Below, piece after piece: positions 1 through 13,408 of a DNA stretch of 64,000 nucleotides. Position numbers and translations under genes: made by a program. Every line of letters begins with the position of its first letter. The stretch's first letter is position 1. The notes below the pieces were generated by a model. That model saw only the letters and a program-made list of their open reading frames with translations. It searched no databases and had not been told where the DNA came from. The stretch is taken from assembly GCF_009914755.1 (NCBI RefSeq), contig NC_060934.1. One strand, 5' to 3'. The DNA is from the human T2T-CHM13v2.0 reference genome, Homo sapiens.

Positions 1-599
1 TTAGTGACGTCGGATCTACGTGAAACCATCTGCCCATTTCCCTTATCTTTCATCGTTTCAGGGGGACTTTGGGTCAGAACCATGGCTGGCATCTAAAAGA
101 TTCATCTATGGCCTTCCTGGGGCAGTGCTGAAGATGCAACACAGGAAGAATGTAGGTTCTTAGCAGACAGTTCTTGTAAAACAAAATAATGAATTCACCC
201 AAAGTATGAGATATTGATTTAGCATCACCCAAGAAGTCATCCTAACACTCCATGAAGAATACGTTTTCAGTTCTAAAATCTTCTAATGGATATGTCAATT
301 TTAACAGATTTTTCCCCGTTAGGTCTAAATCTCTGCTTTGGACGGTAGTGTGCGGCTGGCTGTCAGGAGCACGATCGCATGACAAATGGGGTTATGACGT
401 ACATTTCCATTTTCCAAATGAGCCTTGCAGCTGGGGCTACAGCCGGCCTGCCTCTCTCCAGGCAGAGTCCTGAGGCTTGGGAAGCAGCCGGAAGCTGGGG
501 TCCTGGGGGTGGGAGGTGGCTCCATCCACAGAGAGCCGGGCAGGGTGGGCCAATGCCAGCTGGGGCCATCCATAAATTTAATTGTTTTATGGTGATGCC

Positions 600-860
600 T
601 AGTGTTATTGTCTCCATTTTGTGGGGGAAAAGTCTGAGGCCCAGGGAGAGGAAGTGACTTGTCCGATGTCCTGCAGCTACTTGTGACCGTGATAGCAGCT
701 TCCATAACAAACACCGCCGTGGTGCCCATTCTGTGCCGGGGCTGGTCTGAGCGCTGCATCCTTATTAACCCCCTTTGCCCTCACAAGTCACGGCATTATT
801 CACATTTTACAGAGGAGGAAACTGAGGCACGGAGACGCAAAGTTTAGAGATACTCACCAG
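600..860 (+). mobile_element. Two MIR fragments
   Basis: MIR core motifs ccattttgtggggga..tgaggcccagggagaggaagtgacttgtcc and cattttacagaggaggaaactgaggcac. Confidence 0.7.
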
Positions 861-3061
861 AGGCCTTTTGGTTGATAGATGTAAAGCTGCGACTTACCCC
901 CCCATCACCTGGGCTCCTGCATTCGGTGACAGAAGCATCTGCTGACTCCCCTGCCCTCTCCCAGGTGTTCACACGCACCCCCACCTTCGGCCCCACCCTG
1001 GGGGCAAATCACAGCTCTCAGCTATGTGAGGCTCCTTCCCTCCAGAAAGGCAGGGTCTGTCCTGCCACAGCGCCCGGCTCTCAGCCAGCTTGGCCCTCCT
1101 GGGCTACAGTCAGGGTGGACGGTGGTCCCTTGGGCAGGGTTCCAGGCTTGCCTGCAAGCAGCCCTTCTGAGGCGGCCAGAGTGACTCGGCGTAGCGAGGG
1201 TCCTCATGTCTTTCATCACACAGACCACGTGCTGCTGGGTTTTTTTCCATCGATTTCGTTGCCTTGCTCTATAAGGTTTTCCCCAGGACTTTACCATAAT
1301 AATGTTTCTAGTCAGGCTGATGATGTCTCCCTTAAGAGATATTAATATTTGAATAAATTGTTTTTAAGGTGCATCTCCTTATGAAATAAACTATAATAAG
1401 CACGCTGTAGTGTTCCATGGAACACAGTATGCATCGTGATATATAGAAGGGCTGTCACATATCCATAACTTTGCTTCAACTTCCTGAATCCGTCTGCAAG
1501 GGCTAGGATGCCTTTCTAGAACATTCTGTGTTGGAGAGGAAAACTCACCAAGGCTTCTTCAGAATGAGCTAGGGTGTTGGGCTGGACCAGCCTTGGCGGT
1601 CAGCTGGGATGCAGCAGTTTCAGGGCTCTTGGAGAGCCCCTCCCGATAGCAGGAGGGGGCTGCTGTGCTGCAGGCTCCGAGAGCGAGTCCACTGTCCAAC
1701 CAGGGAGCTGAGGTGTGTGATCCACCTCCTTCAAGATCATCCTTCCCCCTGCAGCCCAGCTGGATGAGTCATTGCTTCCTGCTGCAAACCACTGCTGGAG
1801 GAGGACTTCACTGCATTTGAAGCTCTTTTCTTTAACGGCAGGTGTTTGATGCATAGCCATATCCAAATCTACTCTTCATTTAGTATTAAACATCTGTTCC
1901 AAACAGCATTGTGAAATGTAAATGCTAGCATCTGTGTTAAACCTTAATACAAAATTCATTAAACGCATAGCCCAAAACTTTCCAACCTCATTATAAAGCC
2001 GTGTGCTCTGCACTCACTTACCAGAGCTGTGTCATGGCCCTGCAGCCTGTGCTTGAAGGCTGTGCGGCACACAAAAACAATGCCAGGGGGATGGGGTGAG
2101 GTTGCCACCATTACCCAAGAGAGGCAGGAAGTCAGGCTCTGCTCGTTTTGTGCATCTCAAGAGAAACTGGATGCCCAGTCCAAAGAACTCTCAGGCTTCA
2201 CCACCCACGTAAACTCCGATATGTCCAGGCCTGAGACCTTGGTGGCTTCTGCAGTGAGGGCCAGGACAGGGTGGACCACTGGTCAAGACCTGTGGGCTGC
2301 CTGTGTAGTCAGCACCCACAAGGCCGAGAAGCCATTTGCAGAGATGACTTGCAGGCAGTGGGGCCCCCACTCACCTGGGGTGCCAGGGAGGTGAGCTCAC
2401 CATGCTCGTCTAGAACTGCAAGGCAGACAGGCCACAGGGCTGGCTAGAGTCTCGGAGCCTCTCCTTATTAGTGCACAGATGCTCAAAACCATTTCCATAG
2501 GATCTCTGCTAAAACACAAGGGACACCTCAGGGCAGCTGGGTACACAGAGGCACCAGATGCCACTTGGCCACTGTTGTGTTTGGTGACCAGGACATGTGT
2601 AGGGAGATGCAACTGAAGCAGAAGAAATGGGCAAATCCCTTGGAATAGAGAGGAAACTCAAGAGCACCAAGAGGCTGCTGTGACTGATTCTGCTGTTCCA
2701 GATATCTATCATCAATGCCTTGCACCATGGTTTAATTGGCTGTGTTCTCTTTCTTCGCTGGTCATAAAATCATGGTACAACCACTTAGGTGGATGAAATA
2801 AATAATGTGTAACTAAAATAGGTTTTGCAAACCAGCACTCATCTGTAGTGTGTAATTTGCTCTAAACGTGTTCTATTTTATTCTATCTCATTTTTCAAAA
2901 ATACTGGTCGTGATCTACTATATAGTCATGACCAAGATTTCCTGGTTCACTAATGGGCTGCAGTCTGAATAAGATGGTGATGGGAGCCAGCTCGCCAATC
3001 CTGTGTGGAAAACCTACCTGGATGTGGAAGAAACATGCCACACGGTTGAGCCTCTGAATCA

Positions 3062-3520
3062 GCCCTGTCTGACAGAAATGCAAAGGGAGGCACAAATACA
3101 ATTTCAAATTTGTAGCAGCCCTGTTAAAAGTGTAAAAATAGGCTGGGCGCAATGGCATGCACCTGTCATGCAGCTACTAGGGAGGCTGAGGCAGGAAGAT
3201 CACGGGCCCGGGAGTTCAAGACCAGCTGGGGCAACACAGCAAGACCCCATCTTTGAAAAAAAAAAAGTGTAAAAATAAGCAGGTGAAGTTAACTCTATGT
3301 TTTATTTAACCCAACAATTTAAAAACATCTTACTATGTAATCAATATACAAACATTACTAATGAGATACTTCACATTCTTCTCTTCACACTAAGTCTAAA
3401 ACCTGGTGTGTTCTGTAGTTTGCACTGACAGCCCATCTCCATTCAGACTAGACACGTTTCGAGAGTGCAGAAAACAAGAGTCCCATGTGGCCAGTGGCTG
3501 CCATATTGGACAGCAGAGCT
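3062..3520. mobile_element. MER33-like hAT-Charlie element interrupted by an Alu monomer
   Basis: Resembles the MER33 consensus (caggtgaagttaac...tttatttaaccc...catgtggccagtggctgccatattggacagc). Confidence 0.75.
3141..3266 (+). mobile_element. Alu monomer (FLAM-like) with a 15-bp TSD
   Basis: ggctgggcgc...gaccccatct plus A tail; aaaagtgtaaaaata on both sides. Confidence 0.9.
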
Positions 3521-3521
3521 G

Positions 3522-3725
3522 CAGGGCAGAGGTCGGTCAATCTCTTCTGTAAAGGAACAGACAATAAATATTGTAGGCTTTGCAGGCCAACAGTCTCTGC
3601 CACACCTACTCCACCTTGCCACGGTAGAGTAGAAGCAGACAAAGACAATACTTGAACAAATGTCCATGGCCGCATGTAGGTGGCAGGGCAGATCTGGCCT
3701 TCGGACCACAGGCTGCCAACCCCTG
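3522..3725. mobile_element. MER58A-like hAT element
   Basis: tctgtaaaggaacagacaataaatattgtaggctttgcaggcc...ggctgccaacccctg. Confidence 0.75.
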
Positions 3726-5328
3726 AAATGGGTCACTCCATGCCTGAAGCCACTGATGTTTTTAGACTCTCTAGTTCAACCCAGTAAGTCCTCTTTCTAA
3801 ACTTGCTCAAGCTGTCATCAAAAATTCCCAATTCAGAGAGTTACCATTTTGAAATCTGGCCCCCACTGAGAAGCACCGGGCAGCCCTCAGAGGTCCTCTG
3901 GTCCACAGATTCCTCCCAGCTCTCTGGCTCCGTCCCAGGAGAACACTCCCCTGCCTGTGTGGCCCAAGCGCTCTGTGTCTGCCTCTCCTCCTCTCCCTTC
4001 CACCCCTTACTTCCTGCTGTCTTCTCTGAGCTGTTGACGGGCTCGCCTGCACTTGAAAAGCATGCAGGAACACGAGGCTGTCATCGGTGAGAGCCAGCAC
4101 TGTCTGCTCAGGGACTTGGAATCCCTAACCCAGGGAGTGGGGGCGACTGTCAGGCTGGCTGCGGGCAAGCTGATGGAAAAGGCCCTCTGAGAGCATGGTG
4201 TTCCTGGCCTAGAGAAGCTTCCACACCCTCCCTGGTCACTGCACCTCAAGGCCCTGGAAGAAGCTGGTGGCACCGGCGCTGGAGCATCACTCACTTATAA
4301 GCACAAGCAGATGCCAGCCAAATGGCTCCAATGGCTGCTCTGAGCTCCAGACCAGGCACTTGCCCAGCCCTGCACAGGGAATGAGTTTCAAATGACAAAC
4401 GTTTGCCTAGGGGCTTCCAAATGCCATTCCCGGAACCGAAGATCACTGTGTGATGGCAGCGTGGTGTGGACTTCCCTGGTTTGCCTGCCTGGTCCCCCAC
4501 CGTCCCGCGGGGGCTCCTTGTCCCCGGCTGGCCTCTGCTGATTAGGAGGCCCTGACCAATGAGTCGCTGCTCTGAGGTTTCTGGACTTGGAGAGGGGAGT
4601 GGGGCTCTCTCTGTCAGCTGAGATCCCATTTGGAAGCTGTTGGCTGCCATGGAGAATGCCAATTTGCAGTGCAAGCGAAAGAAGCCAATGGCCCATATGC
4701 CAAGGGAGGAGAGTGGGGAAGGAGCAGGCAGGGCCCCAGGGGCATCTGTGGCCTGGAGCTCGTGTTCAGAGTCTGGCTCATTCTTGCTTTTTCTAGTAGC
4801 TTAGTGGCTCTTGAGGCATCTCCAAGTGTTTTCACTGAGTCATTCTTTCTGCTTGAGCCAGTTTCCGTTTTGTGTCTACCACATGCAAGCAGATGAGCCC
4901 TATGAAGTTCCGTTAAATAAGTCCAATCTAAAGCAGTGGTGGAAGCTGCAGCGAGTGCAACCAGCAGAGAGGGGCAAGAATGGTGTGTCCAGGGATGCCA
5001 GGAGGAGCTCAGCCCTTCAGTAGCTGGAACCTGAGGCCAGCAGCTCCTTCCCCACCCATTGCCCCGTTGTCACTGCTGTAGGGCTTAGTTTAGGCTTCGG
5101 GGGAAGCGCCTCCCCTCCCCAGAGGAGAACGCACAGGGCTGCTCGGCTAACCCAGACAGAACTCCGTGCCCATGCTGTTTTCATCATGGAGAATGCAAAA
5201 CACTTGTGATATTCATCGATATCACATGAGCCTTTGGGGGCATCACAGGCATCACCTGGAGAAGAAAAGCCAAAGTCATCCCAAGCTGGGCACACAGGAG
5301 CTGCTCTTTAGACTTCCCAAAAAGACTG

Positions 5329-5760
5329 GAGTGGGTTGCACAGTGTCCCCCCAAATCCACATCCACTTGGCACTTCAGAATGGAACTTGTTGGAAATAGG
5401 GTCTCTGCAGATGCTGTTAGTTAAGAGGAGGTCATGCTGGATTAGAGTGGGCCCTAACCCAGTGACTGGTGTCCTTATGAGGAGAAGAAAGACACACAGA
5501 CAGAGGGAGGAAGACGGCCATGTGGTGCTGGAGAGGCAGACGGGATGCAGCAGCTGCAAGCCACTGAACCCAGAGAGCACTGAGAACCCAGAGGCCGGAT
5601 GGAACCCGCCCCAGAGCCCTGGGAGAGAGCACCGCCCTGCAGACCCTATTTTGATTTTGGACTTCTGGCCTCCAGAACTGTGGAAGAATAAATGTCTATT
5701 GTTTTCAGCCATCCAAGTTTGCAGCCATTTATTGCGACGGCAGCCCTAGAAAATTCATTC
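5329..5760 (+). mobile_element. MaLR LTR (MLT1B/C-like)
   Basis: ggaaatagggtctctgcagatg...ccctaacccagtgactggtgtccttat...ttttggacttctggcctccagaactgtggaagaataaatg. Confidence 0.85.
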
Positions 5761-7414
5761 AGGGATTCAGGGAGCCACTGGAAAAACTCAGCTCCCTGCA
5801 GCCCACGCTGCAGCCCACCCACTCTGCACCGTTGGGTTGCCCTGCCGAGGGAGCGTGGGGCACCCCCCGCACAAAGCCCTCGTCCCTCTCGGTGTGCCAT
5901 GGGCTCCTTGCCTTCCTGGGCCCTGCCCTGTCCTCTGGGTCCCCTTTGCTGCCGCACATCCCACTTTTCCGATGACCTCAGGGGGTGTTATTATATCATC
6001 TACATCGGCATCTGCCTCTCCCTCCTGCACGCAGGTCCTGGAGTCTGTCCCCGGCCCACAGAAGACTCATGAATGAATCACCAAATAGGATCATTCAGCT
6101 GAACTGAACTTTACTTGTACTTAAAGAAGAAACAGCTGGGCCTTGTTGGCAAAGCAGGGATTAGAGAAGCAACCGTCGCTGTTTGTCAAGGGCTTGACAT
6201 TTGTCAGAACGGGGGCTGGATGGCTCGCGTTGCCTGGATGGGTTCGTTCTTTCCCACATCCAGTGAGGGAGATGCTCCTATACCCATTTGACAGGTGAGG
6301 TGACCGAGCCCCCGTGATGTGTCACTGGGGGGCCCTGCCGGTCTGGCTCTGGCAGCCACAGGGTGCCACCCACTCTCGTGCGCACCCCTGCTCTCTCAGG
6401 TGGTATCAGCCCCGCACAAAAGGGAGGAGTGAGGCCAAGAGGAGTTTTCCTCTCAGACGGACCCGGGAACCACCTCAGCCCTGTGCTCGATTTGCTAACA
6501 GGACAGTCACCCAGCTCGCATTCACAGCGAAAATGGCTGACATTTTGACATTAAATTCAAATTCCCTTAATTTAGGCGATTCTGTTTATAATCAGCAGCA
6601 GCCACACGCACTTCTGAGCCCTGCTTCACGAGGTTGGAGAGGGCGCCTCTTTTGACCATCCAGACTCCTGGGTGGGGAGCACCGGGGCTGGCTGTCCTGG
6701 GAGCCTAGGTGGGCATGGGGCACAGAGCTGAGTGGGGCAAGCAGGGCCACCTCAGGGTCAAAGAGCTTCAGGGTTCCTGCAGACATAGTGGGGCAGGATG
6801 GGACGCGTTCCCAGGCCTCCCTCCCCACCCTGGTGTGCCTCACCATCTGCCTCCTCCAAACCTGGCCCAGGCCCAGCCAGCACACCTGGGTGCAGAAGGC
6901 ACGAGTCCATGAGGGCCAGACCACAGAGCCATGTGTCAGCTGGACTGCTCATCTTGAGCCCGGGACCCCACTGGCTTGGCAGGACAGGCCTCCCCAGGAG
7001 CCACAGTCACCTTCTCTGTGCAAGCCAAGGTGGTGAGGATGGTTCTGCCCCCACAGGGCGCTGGGCCCGGTCTCCTTCATTCAGACTGTGCCTTGGTGAG
7101 AATCAGTGTGTGGCCCCTTCCCGACAGGCTTCACTCCCACTTCACGTCCTCGCTCAGGAAGTCGTCCTGAAATTTCTGATGTGTTAGAACAAGACAGCCG
7201 TGGCCTCAGCTCTCCAATGGACAAGGTGGCAGTGTTTGCCCGGCAGCCTGGCCCCTAGTGGCCCACTACCCTGTTTCTGATGCCATGAAGAGCTGCCCCG
7301 GCCCCACGGGATGCCCACCAGGATCAGAGACCTGGGGCGGCTTTCCCTCCAGGCCCACCCTGTTAGCCCACATCCCACCCCGCTTCAAGCCTCTGCCCCC
7401 GGCACACTTATAGC

Positions 7415-7951
7415 TGCCTTCTGCTTGTGCCTGTCTCCTGCCTGTGCCCATCTCCTACCTGTACTCGTCTCCTGCCCGTGCCCATCTCCTGCCTGTGCCT
7501 GTCTCCTGCCTGTGCCTGTCTCCTGCCTGTACCCGTCTCCTGCCTGTGCCTGTCTCCTGCCTGTATCTGTCTCCTGCCTGTGCCCGTCTCCTGCCTGTAT
7601 CTGTCTCCTGCCTGTGCCCGTCTCCTGCCTGTGCCCGTCTCCTGCCTGTGCCTGTCTCCTGCCTGTACCCGTCTCCTGCCTGTACCCGTCTCCTGCCTGT
7701 GCCTGTCTCCTGCCTGTACCTGTCTGCTGCCTGTGCCCGTCTCCTGCCTGTGCCCGTCTCCTGCCTGTGCCCATCTCCTGCCTGTGCCCATCTCCTGCCT
7801 GTGCCCGTCTCCTGCCTGTATCTGTCTCCTGCCTGTGCCCGTCTCCTGCCTGTACCTGTCTCCTGCCTGTACCCGTCTCCTGCCTGTGCCCATCTCCTGC
7901 CTGTGCCCATCTTCTGCCTGTGCCCATCTTCTGCCTGTGCCCGTCTCCTGC
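7415..7951. repeat. Minisatellite with a 17-bp unit (gtctcctgcctgtgccc), ~31 copies
   Basis: Tandem array visible directly; 17-aa periodic ORFs in all six frames. Confidence 0.97.
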
Positions 7952-8626
7952 AGATGATGGAAACAGCCTCACAAGAGCCTGCTGTGCACACTCATCCCCT
8001 AAGACCAACTCACTCCCACTTGAGAAACTCTTGCTCCTGCTGAGGTCAGCAGACATTCATGAAACGCAGGTGTAAGAGATGGCTGGAAGTTTGTTTTCTT
8101 TTACTTTCATTGGAAGCAGTTTACAAGCTGCCTTCTAAAAGTACACAAAAAGTGCAAATTGGAGACAGGATGGTTCACAAAACGCTTCTGAGATGCACCC
8201 CGTGCCCATCAGCGTGGCCATTTAATGCTATCCACAGGGTGCATGGGCACGTCACGCGTTTGTCTCTCACCCTGGACAAGGCCAGGAAGGTCTATGGCCC
8301 GGCTCCATCTCCAGGGCCCAGACACATGAGCCCAGTGGCCTTGGGCAAGTGGCTTCACCTCCTAGAAATTCAGTTCCACCCTCTGCAAATGGGACTGTTA
8401 CCCCTGGTCTTGCAGGTGTGACAAGGATCAAAGATGAGGTGCAGAAACCCCCAGCAGCATGGCTGGCGCGGGGGAGGCTCTCACCCCAGGGCCTTCGGTC
8501 CCAGGCTCCCTGCTTCAGAGCAGTGATGGGCGAGCTTCTATTCTGGGATCTGTGAGATTCTATGGGCCAAAGCCAAGCAGGAGCTTTAACCAACACTCAA
8601 GCCAGGAAGGACAGCATGTTGGTGCT

Positions 8627-9003
8627 TGTCAGGGGCTGAACTGTGCCCCTCCTGGTTCATAGCTCTAAACCCTGACCCCCATTGTGACTATATTTGGAAT
8701 TGGGCCCTTTAAGAAGGTAACAGAGGTTAAATGAGGTCCTAAGGGTGGGGCCCTAATGCAATGGGACTGGCATCCTTATAATAAGAGGGAGTGGCACCAG
8801 GGATGCATGCACAGAGGGTAAGGCCAGGCGAGGACACAGCACCTTTGCTGTCTGCAAGCCAGGAGGAGAGGCCTCAGGGGAAACCAACCTATTGGCACCT
8901 TGATCTTGGACTTCCAGCCTCCAGATAATGAGAGAATAAACACGTTGTTTAACACATCCTGCCCCAGGTGATGGCATTTTGTCAGCCCCAAAAGATGAAT
9001 ACA
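8627..9003 (+). mobile_element. MaLR LTR (MLT1A-like)
   Basis: ggttaaatgaggtcctaagggtggggccctaat...ggcaccttgatcttggacttccagcctccaga...aataca. Confidence 0.85.
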
Positions 9004-9749
9004 GCAAGCCTCCATGATCTTATTCATTTATCCTTAGAATTCTGTATTTTGACTGATTTGCTGATTGATACCCTGCCATATGCCAAGAAGGATGTGTTCT
9101 AACGTCTGTGTTTACAGGCAAATGGTTCCCATGAACAGTGCTAGGAGCCGCTCACAGTGGTGAGAATTATCCTTTCACATTTCCAGGCATGTGGTCAGGC
9201 GCTCCCATTTCACGGGTGATCTTATGGAGTGAACCGTGTCTGTCTGCAGCATTGACAGTGGGATTTGCGGTTGAAAGGCGAGGGGACACTTGGGCGGCCG
9301 GACGTCCGTGCTGCTGTCCACATCGCGCCTGCCTGTGCTTCATCAGGCTCCACACTGCCTGTGCTATACTATCCAGGGGGTGCCAGCCTGGGCACTCTTC
9401 ACATCCTCCTTCCAAAGAACTCGGGATGCATCCACATGCCGCTCCAGAGTATTCTCTGCTGGGCAATTTCAAGGGATATTCATGGAGGGTAATTTTTCCT
9501 CTCTTTGAATCTCATTTAGACGTGGTTGTGTTTGTGAGGCTGGAGATTCCAAGTGCTCCTAGTTACTGGGCATCCTGCCTAATTTGAAATGTTTTCCCCT
9601 CACAGCCCTTGAGAATCCACAAAATGATCCCAGAGGTCAGCTTGGCACCAGAGCTCCAGTGCTGACCAGTGTGGGGGGTGGGGGCAGGTAATTTGGGCTC
9701 CATGTTCAGGCAATAAACACCTCTCCATGCATACCAAAATATACAAAAG

Positions 9750-10220
<471 letters not shown>

Positions 10221-10329
10221 TCAGCCCGAGCCTAAGTGCCCCTTGACTCTGAGGGGTTCCGAGTGAGGGGAAGGTTCCCACACCCACCGCCCACCTGCTG
10301 CCAGGCCCTGGGGGAGCTCTAGTGAGAAA

Positions 10330-10700
10330 CGTCCACGTACTACTGCCCAACACGCTCGCCGCTCCTGAAGAGTTTTGTTTGAATAGAAATGTCCCCGTGT
10401 CCACGGCCATTTTGCTGGAACAGACTCCAGGCTGCACAGAGGCGCCAACACTGTCCCCAGCCGGAGGCCACCGCTGCTGCCCTCACAGCTGCCATCTCAC
10501 GGTCTCCCCCTGCCCCACTTCAGGGCTCTCCCCGGGGGGCCAAACAAGGCCCGGCGATGGGGTGGAGCCACTCGCAGCCTCCCCCGACCCACGCGCCTGC
10601 CCACCACCCCACATCCTCCCCCAAAACCTCCACACCCGAGGGGAGACCACGGCCAGCCGGGGACATAGGGCCACACTCTGCCCCCAGAACTGTTGGGATG
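10330..10700 (-). promoter_or_regulatory. CpG-enriched promoter-like patch with a YY1-type motif overlapping an ATG
   Basis: Local CpG enrichment; GCCATTTTG at 10406-10414 (minus strand CAAAATGGC); minus-strand donor at 10295. Confidence 0.4.
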
Positions 10701-11042
10701 GAGAAGAGTGTACTACATTCCCATGTGTGGGACCGCTATCCCACCAGCGAGATCAAGTTAAAGGTAGACTGAGAGGGTTCAGGAAGGCGGGGAAGGATGC
10801 GCTACAGTCCTACCCAGGGACTTGCTATCCCACCGCCGGGTGAAGTTAGGGTAGAATGGGAGTTAGCGTTAATTCAGGAAGGTGGGGAAGGATGCGCTAC
10901 AGTCCCACCTGGGGACTTGCTATCCCGCCATGGGGTGAAGTTAGGGTAGATTGGGAGTTAGCGTTCAGGGAGACAGGGAAGGATGCGCTACAGTTCCCCT
11001 GTGGCTCTCAGTGAAGCTAAGGTGGGCTGAGTTAGCATTCAG
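10690..11042. repeat. Diverged ~90-bp tandem repeat, ~4 copies
   Basis: Unit ttcaggaagg.ggggaaggatgcgctacagtc...gctatccc...gtgaagttagggtaga.tgggagttagcg starts at 10778, 10873 and 10963, with a degenerate copy from ~10690. Confidence 0.9.
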
Positions 11043-12282
11043 CAAGAGCCAAGGCTGCAGCCGGGGCTCAAGTCAGCGTCATCGTCAGAGCTGAGACTCC
11101 AGTAGGTTTGATTGCAGATCCCTGAACACCTCCTCTCTACGGGGGATCCTGAGACCCTGAAGGGCCACCACCCCAATCCTGGCAACCCCGGCCCGTCGGC
11201 CGTGAGACTTTCACTTGCAGCTGCTTGGAATAATCAGGACATTCCCCGAAGGCCCAGGTACTGCTGTGCTCTCCTCGGGGGCCGAAACCCCTTCCTCAGT
11301 GCGTGTGCTGTGGGCGTCACGTGCAGAGCTTCCCCTGCTGCCTCCTCAACTTGTCTCAGCAGGAGGGCCTGGCGAGGGGTCGCTCTGCCCCTGGCGAGGG
11401 CCGTCCCTGGATGTAGGGTCCCAAGCCCTCTGCTCAGCTGCCTGTCCTGTTGAAGGGGATGACTCCCTGGGATTCTGAATCCTGAATGGACAACTGTCTT
11501 TTGTGCTAAGCGCCTGCCTCTGAGGGCCTTGCATAGGCCGGACACTTCAGGCACCACCACTCCAAATGCACCCTGTGTAGAATCAGTAGCCCTGGGCGGT
11601 GGGCGGGGACTCTCCCTTTGGTCCTGTGTATTGCTTGGGCTCAGCGCCAACAGAGCCAGGGCCTCCCTTCCTTGGGTGAGTCCAGCCAGCCGGCTGCACG
11701 GGCCTCTCTGGCAACAACCCAGATGCCTCGCCTGCCTGAGTGAGAGGTGGGCTCTGGGCAAGTCCTCAGCAGCTGGCAATTGTGGGGGACCGGCAGGGCA
11801 GGGGTCCCCTGACCCCATAGCTCTGCCTGACCTGAAAGGAAGCTTGAGAAGTAAAGGCAAAGAGGGGGTGACTCAGTGTGTGGGCCCAGACTACTCATCC
11901 ACAAGTCCCAGAGGCTGGGTGGCTTCAGGGTATAAGAGGTGATGCGGCCTCCAATGAGGCCCCAGCCATGACCATAGGGATTCCTGCTGCCGCTGTGGCC
12001 CTGGGCAGAGTGGGTCTTGGGCATGGGCCAGCACCCAGGGAATGGACAGGGGCAGGAGGCCAGGCCAGCTCCTGGGTCAGGGCTGCTATGAACGTAGAAG
12101 GGAGACCACTGATGCCTCAGGAACTTCACTGCAGGCAGAATGAGTCCAGAAAACCTCAAGAAGGAAGTGAGTATGATTCCCCGTGTCTGCTCATGCCAGC
12201 CGATGCTGCAGCCTGGTTCTCCCTGGAGCCCTTGGGCATCTGCTTCTGGTGGTGATAGTTCAGGAGACCAGCACTCTGGGCA

Positions 12283-12690
12283 GATTGGTTTCCTATGGCT
12301 GCCATAACAGACCAGCAATTGGGTGACTTAAGCCAACAGAAGTGTATTATCTGACAGTTCTAGAGGCTAATGTCTGAAATCAAGGTGTGGGCAGGGCTGG
12401 TTCCTTCGGGAAGCTCTGAGGGAAAACCCATCCCATGCCTCTGTCCCAGCTTCTGGGGGCTGCCAGCATCCTTCACACTCCGTGGCTTGCGGATGCATCA
12501 CTCAGTGTCGGCATTCACGGTCACAGCGCCTTCTCCTCCATGTCTGAGTCCTTTCATCCACCCTCCTCCAGCAGGATCTCATCTCGAGCCTTAATTACAT
12601 CTGCAAAAACCCTATTTTCAACTAAGGTCATATTCTGAGGTTCTGGGTGGACATGAATTTTTGGATGGACACTAACCAACCACTAAGCTG
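12283..12690 (-). mobile_element. MaLR LTR (MLT1-type)
   Basis: ttcctatggctgccataaca...tctgaaatcaaggtgtgggcagggctggttcctt...cacatctgcaaa-type end. Confidence 0.8.
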
Positions 12691-12890
12691 GATATGGGAA
12701 TTGCTCGTCCAGCCAACTGTGACAAAGGTGAATGTTGCTGTCCAAACCCCACTGCAGTGCCAGGGAAGGGAAGCACAGGGGGAACCAGATGCAGCTCTCC
12801 TCCAAGACACGCTCCTCTTTAGTTTCTAACCTCCTTAATTTTAATTAAGCCTAATTATCGTAACAACCCTAGTGAATTGAAATTGGGGGT

Positions 12891-13408
12891 TGTATTAATT
12901 TTCTATTGCTGCCATAATAAATTACCACAAAATTAGTGACTTATCACAAATTTTATTATTTTACAGCTCTGTGAGTCAGAAGTCCAACATGGGTTTCACT
13001 GGGCTAAACTGAAGGCACCAGGCAACTTGCATTCCTCTCCAGAGGTTCTGGGAGAGAATCAATTTCCTTGCTTTTCCTGGATTCTAGAGGCCACCTGTGC
13101 TCCTTGGCTCATGGCCACCTCCTTCATCCTCAAAGCCAGCAATGGCTGGCAGAAACTTTTTCACATTACTCCCTTCTGATTGCTTCTTCTCTTCCCTCTT
13201 CCACTTTAATAGGCCTCTGTAATTACATTGTACCTAGCCAGACAACCCAAAATAATATTCCTGTTCTCTGAGTAAGCTGCCTAGTAGCCTTAATTCCATC
13301 TGCAACCTTAATTCTCCTTTCCCATGAAAGGTAATATATTCCCAGCTTCCAGGGATTAGGATATGGATATCTTGTGGGGTGGGGGGTGACCTTATTCTGT
13401 CTAACATA
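12891..13408 (-). mobile_element. MaLR LTR (MLT1D/E-like)
   Basis: tgtattaattttctattgctgccataataaattaccacaaa...ccagggattaggatatggatatct. Confidence 0.8.

Noticed and set aside
7311-8075. Long Cys/Pro-rich and Arg/Gly-rich ORFs resembling keratin-associated proteins
   Set aside because: They are artefacts of a 17-bp minisatellite that is open in all six frames; the unit length is not a multiple of three.
11112-12318. Cluster of 110-225 aa ORFs on both strands
   Set aside because: GC-rich sequence open in several frames with no consistent splice signals or domain.
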